Of a stretch of DNA of 64,000 nt, positions 43,404 to 55,830 are shown piece by piece (position 1 is the stretch's first letter; every line of letters starts with the position of its first letter). The notes under the pieces are model-generated. The model had not been told where the DNA came from. It searched no databases and saw only the letters and a program-made list of their open reading frames with translations. The stretch spans positions 52,328,001 to 52,392,000 of the forward strand of contig OZ024742.1 in NCBI GenBank assembly GCA_964016885.1, read 5' to 3'. The stretch comes from Eledone cirrhosa (Eukaryota). Both the position numbers and the translations under genes were made by a program.

Positions 43404-45269
43404 GACTCGAACCCAGTACTGCCTAATACTTTATATCTCTATCTCTATATGAATGGCAAAGTTGACCTCAGAGAGGGTTGAACTCAGAGAGCGCGGACAA
43501 CCGGATGAATACAAAACAATTTCACATACTGTTTCTCTCATGTGCTCACCTCTAAATTAACAAATACGTGAAATCTTAATGGTGATTTTATTAGTTACAA
43601 GGCTGTGTCTCACTGGCTCCTTGACAGCCTCTTAAACTGGCTAGACCGACCATCGACCTCACTTCCCTCATTTGTTCATGTCTCAATTGTTCTCAATTGT
43701 TAGTTCCTTTGTTGGTGTAGTAAAGTGTATGGTAACTATCAGCGGTATTTTCTTTTTCAATGGAACCAATTCTCTCAAGTGACCTGTTAAGTACACGAAA
43801 TATTAGTGCCAATACTGATTCTGTAAATTCATTCAGGGATACTTGATAGGGACATCAATTCATTGTGGCTTATTGATTTGATGATATGGAAGGAAATTAC
43901 TATTTGCCATAACTCTTGTGTGCATCTCTTGCTATAAAACTTACCTTCTTTAAACTTTTCTTAGTCCAATCATTAATGGTGTACATACACATACATACAT
44001 ACCTACATTTACGTGTGTGTTTCTGTGTATGTTTGTGTCTGTGCGTGTGTGTCTGTGTGTCTGTGTGTGTGTGTGCATGAGGGTGTATGTGTGTGTGTAT
44101 GTGCAAACGGTGAATTACAGAGTCTTTGGAACGCCGAGGAGAATGTTTGGTGGACTTCGTTCTGGCTCTCTGCGTTCTGAGATCATATACTGCAGAGGTC
44201 GATCGAAATCTTCAGTTCAAAACAGGGGTTGATTATTGCTCTACATTTCTTTCGCAATTCCTCTCTCTTTCTCTCTCTCACTCTCTCATGAACTCTCTAT
44301 CTATCTATCTATTAATTTATTTATCTCTTTTTTTTCTCTCTCTTCTCTATCCCCCTTTAAGAAATATACTGTGTTTAAACCCAGAAAAGGATGAGGTGCA
44401 CCAGATTGAAAATGATCAATATACACGGTTTTGAGTAAACCTTATATCTACTATATAAATTGGAAGTGGTCGGACGTTGTATATTTAAGTAAGTAGGTGT
44501 AGTCGGATAAACGTCGAAATGGCTTGGTGGAATGTAGCGGAAATTTACAGTTATGCAGAATGACGTGAGGAGGCGTTGGGTCGACCTTCAAGCTACAAGC
44601 TTCCATGGTTACGGAGAAAATCGATGAAACAGGAATTTCCCATTCAAATTGAACTGAGAGTAATCTGTGAACGCAGAAGTAAATATTTCGAGAAACGTTG
44701 CAAGCTAAGGAAAAGAGGAAGACGATATTTTGGTTCGTGAAGACGTTCCCTGGCAATGAACGGAAAAAAAGCGAGAATAATACGTCGTTATGTAGAGCGT
44801 GAAGAACAATTTCATGCAAAGACAAGACCAAGTTTATGATGCAAATGGAGTCGTTAGATTAATATTCTATTTAAAATAACAGAATGATTTCCAGCCCCGG
44901 AATTTAAGAATGATGTAAATAAAATTGAAAACGAAAATGACAGATGTTATTAAAATAGTAAAAATAAATAGTGAAGATTTAGGCCACTACATACGTATGC
45001 CCCGACGGACATACACATACATACGCACACACAAATACATACACACCCACAAACACACACACACGCGCGCACACACGCACGCACGCACGCACGCGTATGT
45101 ATAAACCTTATGCATTTCTACAGTATTTTCACCAAATTTAAGACATAGGTTACTTATGTACTCCGGATGGTGATGGACACTTTCATTTTTCCAGATATTG
45201 ATTATAGGGCCTCCCGGCAGATAACCCCCTTTGACCACTTCCTTGGAGTCGACTGAAGCACTGCAGTGC

Positions 45270-45532
45270 AATGCAACAAAACGTCATAATCTCTGGAGTT
45301 CGCAACCGATTTTCACAAAACTTGACACATGGGCTACGTTTGTCCTACAGATGAATGTGAATTCTCAGAATTGGCACATATTGAGTAGGGGATCCCTGAG
45401 ATAGGAACCCCCTTTTGGAAAAAGCCGATGATTTTGTAAAAGTATAGTTTTCGAAGCAGCACTGAAGTATTGACATACATGGTATACACAACTGCTATTT
45501 AATACCCGAGCAACGCCGAGTACCTCTGCTAG
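45270..45532 (+). mobile_element. Non-autonomous Helitron-like 3' end
   Basis: Hairpin TACCCG-AGCAACGC-CGAGTA, then CTAG^T at 45529-45532; AACCGATTTTCACAAAACTT motif. The 5' boundary is uncertain. Confidence 0.55.
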
Positions 45533-45690
45533 TATATTTATATGTACAGAAGTATAATGTAAAGACTTTCTTTTTCTTTAATCCAACAAAACAAATATTT
45601 TTACATTTGTTACATTAAATATATTTACGATTTATCAGTTATTTCAATTATATCTAAATATATTTAATATATCAAATATATTTAAATTTA

Positions 45691-45868
45691 AGGTGGATTG
45701 GCAGTATCGGTAGAGGTCGGACGCCATGCTTTGTAGCATAGAGTTACGGCCATTTACGTTCTGAGTTCAAATCCCGCCGAGTTAACTTTAGCTTTCATCC
45801 TTACGGGGGTCAATAAAATAAAGTACCAGTAATGCACTAGGGTTAATTGCTGGCCTTGTGCCAAAAGT
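45691..45868 (+). mobile_element. tRNA-SINE (weaker copies ~51064-51170, ~56025-56160, ~43455-43510)
   Basis: A box, B box and TTTCATCC..GGGGTC.ATAAAATAAAGTACCAG core. Confidence 0.75.
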
Positions 45869-46249
45869 AACAACAATTATAAAATTCTAAATAGTTTATA
45901 TAAAAAGATTATATTCACATATACTGTGACCTGCTAAACATATGGATATATCCTATCAGAGTTTCTTATATATTGTTGTGTAGTTGGAGTGATGAGTAGA
46001 ATTATTGATTAATAGGCCAGGATTCAATTTATTTAATAACAGATTCAATTGATTCAAATAGAAAGATATTTTTATACTCAAATATACATCTAGATAAACT
46101 CATGATGCCTTGTGGTCCTTGTGTCCATGGGTGTGGTTCAATTGTGCAAAGATTAATTAGAATTTGTTTTAATAAGCTAATTAAAATTTGATAAGATTAT
46201 CGTAACCAATCAAAATAGAAAATATTCGGATAACACTAAAGCAACATCC

Positions 46250-47010
46250 TCAACAAAAGAAATATTAGCAGCCCTCTCGCCCAAGTTCGTGAGCAGGAAA
46301 ATAATAATTTTGTTAGGATATCCAGTTATCCAGAAGAGAGACATGAATACAATTCTCTCTCTTGAGAACATTGAAAGAATCTAGTCAATGCTCGAACCAA
46401 ATTTAAAAACGGACCAATTAACTGAAAAGGTTACACATGGATATTTGAGCCGAATAGCACAAACCATAGACGGAATAAACCATACTAAAGCCTGGTATAG
46501 AGTTCAAACAAGTTCACAATATCCTACCTTGTAATCCAAGATCAAGAAATACCCACGAAGTTCCCACTGCACAAAAGTAGGCTATTACTTAACATTATTG
46601 CCAACCATAAAAGAAAAGAATGTGATTAAGAATGCCTTATGTTAGACGAAAATAAAAAGTAATACAGGTGGAACCTAAAAATAAAACATGCCATCAAATT
46701 AACGCACAACTGACCTGATATTGTTCATTGGGACCCCACATTAGAATCATGCTCCTTTGTAGTAGTCAATGGTCTACTTGATGTCAATGTGGTAATAAAA
46801 ATGCAAGAGAAGAAGGATATCTACAGACCATTAATGAGGGTTTTGCAGATCCTGTGTCCGAGATACACGTTCAGATTCATACCCGTTTACTATTGGAACT
46901 ACAGATCATATACCAACCCATCTGGACGAAAGTCTAACTAAACTTGGATTTGTGGAAAAAAAACGTAGTTCCTTAATTCATAAGCTACATATGGTCGCCA
47001 TATCTAAAAC
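46250..47010 (+). pseudogene. Degenerate R4/Dong-like LINE 3' part with restriction-like endonuclease
   Basis: VIQDQEIPTK; THN*PDIVHWD...EKKDIYRPL.R.LQ.L.P.Y.F.FIP. Confidence 0.6.
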
Positions 47011-48401
47011 GTTCATTATTTGTAATTATTGTACAATTCAAAAAATGATTCCACAAGAGAAGACGAACTTTTCCTTTTCCTTAGAGCCTTGCCACCCGGA
47101 AGGTGGCCGATAGAAATTAATTTCATAATTAAGAAACAGAGGGGACATATATACATGTGTACTCGAGCAAAAGCACGTATATTTGTATGTAAAATATATT
47201 CTTCTGAAAATGTCTATGGCTTGAAACTATATAAATTGAAACTTTGTGTGTGTAGATAAAGATACAAAAGAAGAGCTTTATGGTGTGGACATTCAAAGCC
47301 ATTCTAGACACTTTTGAATATTTATATTTCAAAAGATTAATTATTCAAAGTCATCAATCTGTATTTGTTTACACCCCGTAGATATTTTAGGAAGTATTAA
47401 TTGAAAATGAATGAAATTAAATTTGAACTATTACAAACAGAGAAATAAGAAGTATTAATTGTAAAAATAAGAACGTGTAATGAAAGAAAATTTCTAAATT
47501 AATATTTATATAAATATTGAAATTTAACCACTTCATTTGATTTTTTAAATTTGAAATTACATTAATATATTCAGATCATCACTGCAATATGATAAAGCAA
47601 TGCTTGCACAAAAATAGTAAATACATAAACCACACCACTATCTGCTATCACTCTCTCACGTTTTTTTATTTATTTATTTATCTGTTTATTTATTTATTTA
47701 TTTGAGACAAAGCTGTTTTGTAGTATAATGTGCAATACTTTATAATTCTGAGCTCAAATCCTGTTTAAAATAAGATTAGTTTTCATTCCTTGAAATGAAT
47801 TAGGGTACTAAGATATAGTCGTCTAAATTAAATCTCTTTAATTGTTATTTTGAGACAATGCACACGTTATATTGAGCCACGATTTTTTATGATCATTATG
47901 GTTTTGTTTGATTTAGTCTGTTTTTCAATTTAGACACGTCAATTATATTCTTTCATGCCTTCAAACTTATCATTCGGACTTTGCCAGTACAGACTCGGTA
48001 TTACATTGAAAGTTGTAAATACTAATGAGTGAGCTAATATAGTATGAGTACACCAAATGAAATTTTATATGGTCATACAATATTACCAAACTTTTGCGAT
48101 GTGTTGACCATCCGACAGATTTGAGTTTTAGTGGGAATTCAACATTCGATTCATTTAGTTTTTGTTGGGGTAACATTTATACATCTAACCCTCTAAATTA
48201 CCTGTTGAATTATTTCATACAGAAATATTCTCATGTTACATTTATTCATCTATTGTTTTAAAAAGCATTGAATTAAAATGCCCCTATATTTTTTCCAGTT
48301 TATTGCACTCTGAGTATTAAGATCGATCCTTCCTCTCTCCTTCTTCTTATTATTATTCTCTCTCTCTCCCTCTCTCTCTCTCCATCTCTCTCTCTCTTTC
48401 T

Positions 48402-48459
<58 letters not shown>

Positions 48460-48477
48460 ATATATATATGTATATAT

Positions 48478-48903
48478 ATGGAATGAAATATGTAGGGAAG
48501 CCACATTACAGAGGAAGCAAATAGTTCGTAACTTACCACTGTGTCTTCGGGTGCGGTCATGATACACAGTGAGTCTAGTATATCTTGAAATTGACAGAGC
48601 CAATCCCCGGTATGAAGAAAATCGACTTCTTCATATATATATAATATATGTAATCTGAGTTTTTCGAATATTAATAATAACATGCAATTCGTTTGCAAGT
48701 ATGCAAACAACCCTCAATTTTATAGCCATGTCAGAAGAATGAACCCTTCATTCTTGCTCTTGTGTTGGCATGTGAACAGAACTGCAGTTCTGGCTATAAA
48801 ATTGAGGCTTGTTTGCATAATTGCAAACGAATCGAATGTTAATGTTAATATTCGAAAAACTCAGATTACATTTATTGTATTCAGCCATGTAGAGCGAAAT
48901 TTG

Positions 48904-48941
<38 letters not shown>

Positions 48942-48945
48942 GTTT

Positions 48946-49006
<61 letters not shown>

Positions 49007-49010
49007 ATTT

Positions 49011-49059
<49 letters not shown>

Positions 49060-49528
49060 TTTTATATATATATGAGTTTCTTTTATATATATATATAAAA
49101 GAAAATTTGACTCTACATGGCTGAATACAAATAATGTAATCTGAGTTTTTCGAATATTAATAATAACATTCGATTCGTTTGCAATTATGCAAACAAGCCT
49201 CAATTTTATAGCCAGAACTGCAGTTCTGTTCGCATGCCAACACAAGAGCAAGAATGGTGTGTTCATTCTTCTGACATGGCTATAAAATTGAGGCTTGTTT
49301 GCATAATTGCAAACGAATAGCATGTTATTATTAATATTCGAAAAACTCAGATTACATTTATTATATATATGAAGAAGTCGATTTTCTTCATACCGGGGAT
49401 TGGCTCTGTCAATTTCAAGATATACTAGACTCATTGTGTATCATGACCGCACCCGAAGACACAGTGGTAAGTTACTACGAACTATTTGCTTCCATGGTAA
49501 TGTGGCCTCCCTACATGTTTCATTCCAT
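48478..49528. mobile_element. Foldback element, ~430-bp inverted arms around (TA)n, with nested internal inverted repeats
   Basis: 48478-48905 is the reverse complement of ~49080-49528. Confidence 0.75.
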
Positions 49529-52088
49529 CTGGTGGGAATATCAACAATAAAGCAAAAATGTAATATTATGTTTATTCCCGCATTTTTCTGTTTCTTGAGA
49601 CATGTCTCCATTGTTCAGACATGACTATAGTTTCATAATTACGTGGTTTAAATTTATTTCCACTACATGATTTCTTTGGTAACTACCTTCTACCATAATC
49701 ATAACTTACATATAATATAAATGCAGGTTATGATTTGCCGTAAATATTGAATTTCCTGTCGAAGTAAGTCTATGACGTTATGGTATAATGAAGTGAAAAC
49801 GAAAATCTTTCTATGACGACCACCAAATCCTCTCTCAAACTAATTGTTTTGTCATCACTAAACAATTCTTCGTTTCATGATAGCTTAATAGAACTCGTTT
49901 TCCATGATAGGTGAATCATAGTTAAAGTGTTTTTAACTTTTTTTAATATAAATCGAAAACGGCACATACTGTATTGTCTGGCTAAATTCACTGAATTCAA
50001 CTTATGTTCTTATTCTGGTTTCTATTGAAATAGATGGAGGCGGTGCGGTGTGAGCTCTGTCTACGTGTGTATTGCGACAAGAATAAAATATAATGTAAAG
50101 AAATGGCCTACAGTCAATGTCTGATTTGAGAAAATCTTTTGTTCATTGCAATGATAAACCTTTTTAATATATGTTCTCCTATTGAATCAGCAAACAATTG
50201 ATTCGCATGTAGATTATTAAGCTGAATATATATTGTCTCTTATACACCTACGGTCAATTTTCTAAGCTCCTTAACATTGGCAAGAGGGACAGATTTATAT
50301 TAATGTATTCAATACGATTGATCAATATGATACACAAAGAAGTATTTCATATCATATTTATTTACATGTTAGATATTTTAAAATTATTTTCTCATTATAA
50401 AGATGGATAAATAAGATAGCTGCTATATTAAAGAAGTTATATATCATATGACTCTATGCCATTCATATTACTGGCTGTCTGTCTCAGAGAATTATAAGCT
50501 CATTGTTAGCATGAGCAATAAAATTGAGCGGCTACTATACAAATAATGAAATGTTTAATTCTGCTATTTTGCTTTTGAATTTCACAGAAGTAAATCATTT
50601 TCAAAAGAATAAAAAATCCGATAGCATTATGAAATTTGGAGGAATTGAATGTCAGAGTCTTATTTAGTAATAAATTATACTTTATGAAATTATTTATAAA
50701 GCACATATTGATCTAGATATTCTTAATATTTATGAGCGACAAGACTAGTTAGATAAATATCAGCATTTCAATTGGGAACACAACATGATCCAGTTTCTAA
50801 TGACTTCAGTTTAATGCTAAATGATTTACACACCCGACACTCTGGATAATTTGATTTAGCAATTAGCGGAACATCATGCAAAGCAGCAAGTGATATTAAA
50901 CTGATAGGTATCTCTTTATAAATTGTGTCTGTAATATTTGGTATAAGGAAAATCAGACTGAAATTACCATAAAAGCTTCGTTTCTTATAGTGTACAGTGT
51001 TTATGAGATTGAGGAGAAATAGGCATTAGTATTGTGGTTAATGTTTTATTTTTATAACGACGATAGATTGGCAGTATCGGTAGAACATCGGGCGAATTGT
51101 ATAGCAGTATTTTGTTACGACTTTCTGTGTTCTGAGTTCAACTTCCGTCAAAGACAATTTTGTTTTCATCGTAAATTAGAAATCGTAAAATTTTTCATCA
51201 GTAAATTAGATATCGTTGTTTAATAACTTAATGATGATAGTTGTAAAAATATATATCTACATTTAATTTGCTTACATTCAATAATATTCATAAAAACATG
51301 CCTACCGCTTGAAACCAAAAGAAATGTTTTGGAAAACTCCGCATTTCCTTACAATTTTTGTAAGAACTCTAAGTTGAAATATCCACATGCAGAGCTGACA
51401 TAGAGATTGTTTACAAACCAAAGAATTTAAGAGTTCAAGCATTTAATAACATCAAATAATGGTGTCATTTGTATTAAAAGTTTTCCTAAAATGAATTTGA
51501 ATATATAAAGTTTTAACAAAGCAATATTCAGATTTATCTGAAGTAATCCAACAGTTATATAACTATAAACCCCAATTCATTCTTAGAAACACAACACTAT
51601 TGTTTTTCTGATTATGATAGTTTTCTGACTACAGGGTTTTTAAAACTATATTTCTAACTGTAAACCTTTATCATGATATATATATATATGTAGTTATGTA
51701 ATAAAAACATAAGATAATTATTTTCATTTACCAGTGGTTTCTGAAAAGCAACCAAAATTGCTTTCATTCATCAGAATGAAAAAATCCTGGTGTCTTTATT
51801 GACAGTGGATTTGAAAATCAAAAATATAACGGATATGAAAGTGAGGCTGGAGGAAAATAAAAGGAGGGGGGGGGAATAATAAATAAGAATATATAACAAC
51901 ACACACGCACACACACTCACATATACACACATATATACATATATATATACATATATACACGCGTATATACACATATATATACACAGAGACACATATACAC
52001 ACACATGCATGGATAAATATATATATATCCATACATAAATACACCAACACATATATATATACATATATATATACATGCACACACATAC

Positions 52089-52120
<32 letters not shown>

Positions 52121-52477
52121 TTCGTTTCTGAATTTGTTTAGCAAGATTCTTTATCTGAAATCGTGTGTTGAAACCGATGTTGTTATACTTTGGGAGGGTC
52201 ATGTTGCCAATAATGAAACAAAATGGCGTAGGACAGAAGAAAGGAAAGGCACAGAAACAAAGAAAGGAATCCCCAGTCACTGAAGAGGTCACAGAGTGTG
52301 TGACGAAAGGACTATGACTATATATAAACAACTATCTGGTTGTGGAACCAACCAACCAAACAGAAATTTATAAGTTTGTAGATTTGTAAATTGATAAATT
52401 TATAAATATATAATAAATTGAAGTGAAAACAACTGGTGCGTGTGTTTCTTATTGGCAACATGACCTTCCCAAAGTAT

Positions 52478-52483
<6 letters not shown>
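52121..52483 (+). mobile_element. Mini-PLE (solo pLTR plus inverted tail) related to the 20.6-kb PLE
   Basis: Ends ATGACC.TCCCAAAGTATAACAAT; inverted copy at 52121-52222. Confidence 0.75.
52275..52319 (+). ncRNA. Minimal type I hammerhead
   Basis: AGTCA-CTGAAGA-G-GTCACA-GAGTG-TGTGAC-GAAA-G-GA-CTA-TGACT. Confidence 0.8.
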
Positions 52484-52514
<31 letters not shown>

Positions 52515-53002
52515 CACATACATACATACACACACATACATACACACATATATACACACATGCATACGTACTCACATATAAAAGGATACATATGCACACA
52601 CACACAAATAAGAATAAATAATTATAATAGGCCGTCACATACAAATAAGCAAATAAAAAATAAGGATTAAGAAAATAAAAAATAAAAAATATTATTAAGT
52701 TGACAGCGATACAAGACGGCAAAATTTGAAAATTTATAAAATGTTTTATTTTAAATTTTTTTTTTATTTTTTTTTTATTTTAAATTTTGCCGTCTTGTAT
52801 CGCTGTCAACTTAATAATATTTTTTATTTTTTATTTTCTTAATCCTTATTTTTTATTTGCTTATTTGTATGTGACGGCCTATTATGATTATTTATTCTTA
52901 TTTGTGTGTGTGCATATGTATCCTTTTATATGTGAGTACGGATGCATGTGTGTATATATGTGTGTATGTATGTGTGTATGTATGTATGTATGTATGTATG
53001 TG

Positions 53003-53077
<75 letters not shown>

Positions 53078-53080
<3 letters not shown>

Positions 53081-53629
53081 AGGTCACCAGTTGGTGCTAC
53101 TGGTAACATGTATTCCAGTACAACCTGTCCCATGGTCGGCTCGTTGGCGACTAAACTGGCAACCCCACCAAGGTTTCTTGGTGAGGATGGTGACTTTGGA
53201 CATCCTGCAGGACTAAAAACAAAACTTGTCAAAGGCAAAGGAGCTCGTAAGAGTCAATGGCCATCCAAAATCACCGGGAGAGATGACCCCTTAGCTTTTG
53301 TCAAGGCAGAATTCTAGGAAAAGGAAAACTCTGATATAACACCTGCAACTCTAATGGTATCCAATGATGTTGACTTGTTCTTTTTGGTAAATATCATCTT
53401 GCTTCACGGCACAGGCATTGCTTTATATCTGGAGATCTCTCTGCACTTGTCGTCACATGGTACCATGGCCCGGCACTATGTGTCAATAATTGTCACAAGT
53501 GTAGTGTTTGTACCAGAGTTTTCAAGTCGCTGGCTGGACTAAAAAGCCACACTCGTTCAGCGCATCGGTAGGGGTTCTCCTACATGGATATAAAGTAGTG
53601 CCGTACTCGAAAACGAGTTGGCAGCCACC
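53078..53629 (+). mobile_element. Bipartite non-autonomous RTE derivative (5' UTR plus 3' end)
   Basis: First ~120 nt homologous to the RTE 5' end at 57843; 3' part encodes CSVCTRVFKSLAGLKSHTR (RTE terminal C2H2-like motif). Confidence 0.7.
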
Positions 53630-53670
53630 ATATATATATGTATATATATATGTATGTGCGTGCGTGCATG

Positions 53671-53717
<47 letters not shown>

Positions 53718-53963
53718 ATGTGTCCTGGTGTATTGATGTATGGATATATATATATATATTTATGCATGCATATATGTGTATATACGCGTGTATATATGTA
53801 TATGTATATATGTGTATATATGTGAGTGTGTGTGCGTGTGTACGTGTATGTTGTTATATATTCTTATTTATTATTCCTCCCCCTTTTTTTTCCTCCAGCC
53901 TTATTTTCTTATCTGTTATATTGTTGTTTTTCAAATCCACTGTCAATAAAGACACCAGGATTT

Positions 53964-54023
53964 TTTCATTCTGATGAATGAAAGCAATTTTGGTCGCTTT
54001 CAAGAAACCACTGGTAAATGAAA
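53964..54023 (+). ncRNA. Type I hammerhead (mirror at 51722-51781, minus strand)
   Basis: TTTCATT-CTGATGA-A-TGAAAGC/GCTTTCA-A-GAAA-CCACTGG-TA-AATGAAA. Confidence 0.85.
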
Positions 54024-54032
54024 TAATTAGCG

Positions 54033-54420
54033 TTGTATACATGAATGTATGTATAGTTTATTTGGCAACATACCGTATGTTTAAATACATACATTCATGT
54101 ATACATCACTATTTCAGAGCATCAATCCTAATATCTAATTTTTGCTGGACCAGTACTCGCTCTGTATAATCAGCTCCTGATAATTACTGGAATTCTATAA
54201 GAATCCAGCTTCTATAATATTCGGCGGAAGCAGGAGGATGCGTGGCTCTGATGAACGCCAACCAGCGTGAAACAGCCTGTCAGCTTCTCTCCCTTCTTTC
54301 GCCGAGAAGAAGTAAGTGACATAGTCACTACTGTAAAACTGATAGCGTATGGTCTTCTAAATGTTTTTAATTAAACCTACGGTATATTGCTAAATATATG
54401 ATACATACATTCATATATAT
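54033..54420 (+). mobile_element. Retrozyme-like family B monomer (~316 nt); partial minus copy at 54844-54990
   Basis: CATACATTCAT at 54088 and 54404; homologous to the 38.8-kb cluster. Confidence 0.78.
54244..54285 (+). ncRNA. Type I hammerhead ribozyme, canonical core
   Basis: GGCT-CTGATGA-ACGC-CAACCA-GCGT-GAAA-CAGCCTG-TC-AGCT. Confidence 0.88.
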
Positions 54421-54428
54421 GTATAATA

Positions 54429-54742
54429 TAAAGAAAACGAAAAGTCAGTGATGCATCTAGACTCAGTTTATTGCGTGTTACAGTTCTTTCGCCGGGATAT
54501 ACCTCGAGATATGATCACTGTATGGATCTGGTTGATTCTACGGCTGCGGGTTCCTTTCGGACACACGCAATTCGTTCGGAGCAAATTTTCTCCGAACGAA
54601 TTACATGTGTCCGAAGAAACCTGCAGCCGTAGAATCAGCCCGATCCATACAGTGATCATATCTCGAGGTACCTGCCGGCGAAAGAATTGTAACACGCCAT
54701 AAACTGAGTCTAGATGCATCACTGATTTTTCGTTTTTTTATA
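54429..54742. mobile_element. ~310-bp hairpin MITE flanked by TA
   Basis: Near-perfect palindrome centred ~54585. Confidence 0.8.
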
Positions 54743-55187
54743 CTATTCACACTCTGCTCTGTATGAATATTGAGTTCTAATTTTGGCATACCACCTATGG
54801 AAGCACCATAGCTACCATTATACACACGTATATATATATATATATTGGTGCTCTGAAATAGCGATGTGTACATGAATGTATGTATAGTATATTTGGCAAT
54901 ATACCGTATGTTTAATTTAAAACATTTAGAAGACTATTCGCTATGAGTTTGAAAGTAGTGACTATGTCACTTACATATTCTCGGCAAATATTATCTGTTC
55001 TATTCTTTTTCCAGGGTAACTTATATTAGTATTTTAATTAAGCTCTGTTGATACCCACGGTCTATACTCACTAATGTCAAATTGTTAAATAAAATGATTT
55101 GCTCTATGTAGCATAACGGTGGTAAGAAACAATTGTCAGTTATTAAATACCTTGAACTCTTTTATTCTTTGGTTTATAAACAAACTG

Positions 55188-55233
<46 letters not shown>

Positions 55234-55254
55234 GAGACAGAGAGAGAGATAAAT

Positions 55255-55290
<36 letters not shown>

Positions 55291-55334
55291 GTATATATAT
55301 ATATATACATATGCATTCGTGAGTGAATAATAAT

Positions 55335-55830
55335 AGTATATGATAATATTTTTATTACTCGATTCATCTGCAAGCAAGCAGCCTCATAATGCTATATGTG
55401 TTCTAGACAACTAACGCGATCCTTTTGTTCCAGCGGGAGCAGAGAGAAAAACAATCTACAATTGATTCGTGGATATTGCCCCTTATCAAGATTGTGTATT
55501 TCTCTCGGTTCTGTTACACACTGGAACTCTTGAGGATATATAGTATTCTCTAAAGTATACATCGGCTGATTAGCCTAATTTGCATACCGAGCGAATTTAC
55601 GGCTGGCCTTGCTGAAAATTAATAATAAATTTTGTTTTCTCTCTAACCTAGCGGATACGTAATGTATTCGTAAGGGAATAATAATAATTTTGTTATAATA
55701 TTATTATTAATATCCGATTCGTTTGCAAGCAAACAGCCGCATGAGTCTTTTGTTCCAGGGGCAATAACCTGGAAACAATTGTAGATTGCTTTTCTCTCTG
55801 ATACCGCTGGAACAAAAGGATGACGTAATG
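55335..55830 (-). mobile_element. Divergent family A copy with decayed HHR (55451-55495) and an inverted fragment
   Basis: Shares CGGCTGA..AGCCTAATTTGCATA and CCTTTTGTTC; ACAATC-TTGATAA-GGGG..TCCAC-GAAT-CAATTG-TA-GATTGT. Confidence 0.6.

Larger units (their letters stand above)
51690..54028. mobile_element. Large inverted pair of a non-coding HHR element, centred ~52755
   Basis: 51722-52120 mirrors 53630-54023 and 52484-52740 mirrors 52770-53000; each arm holds a different nested insert. Confidence 0.75.

Noticed and set aside
44100-44830. Possible host exons or transposase fragment
   Set aside because: No recognisable motif in any frame; cannot be supported.
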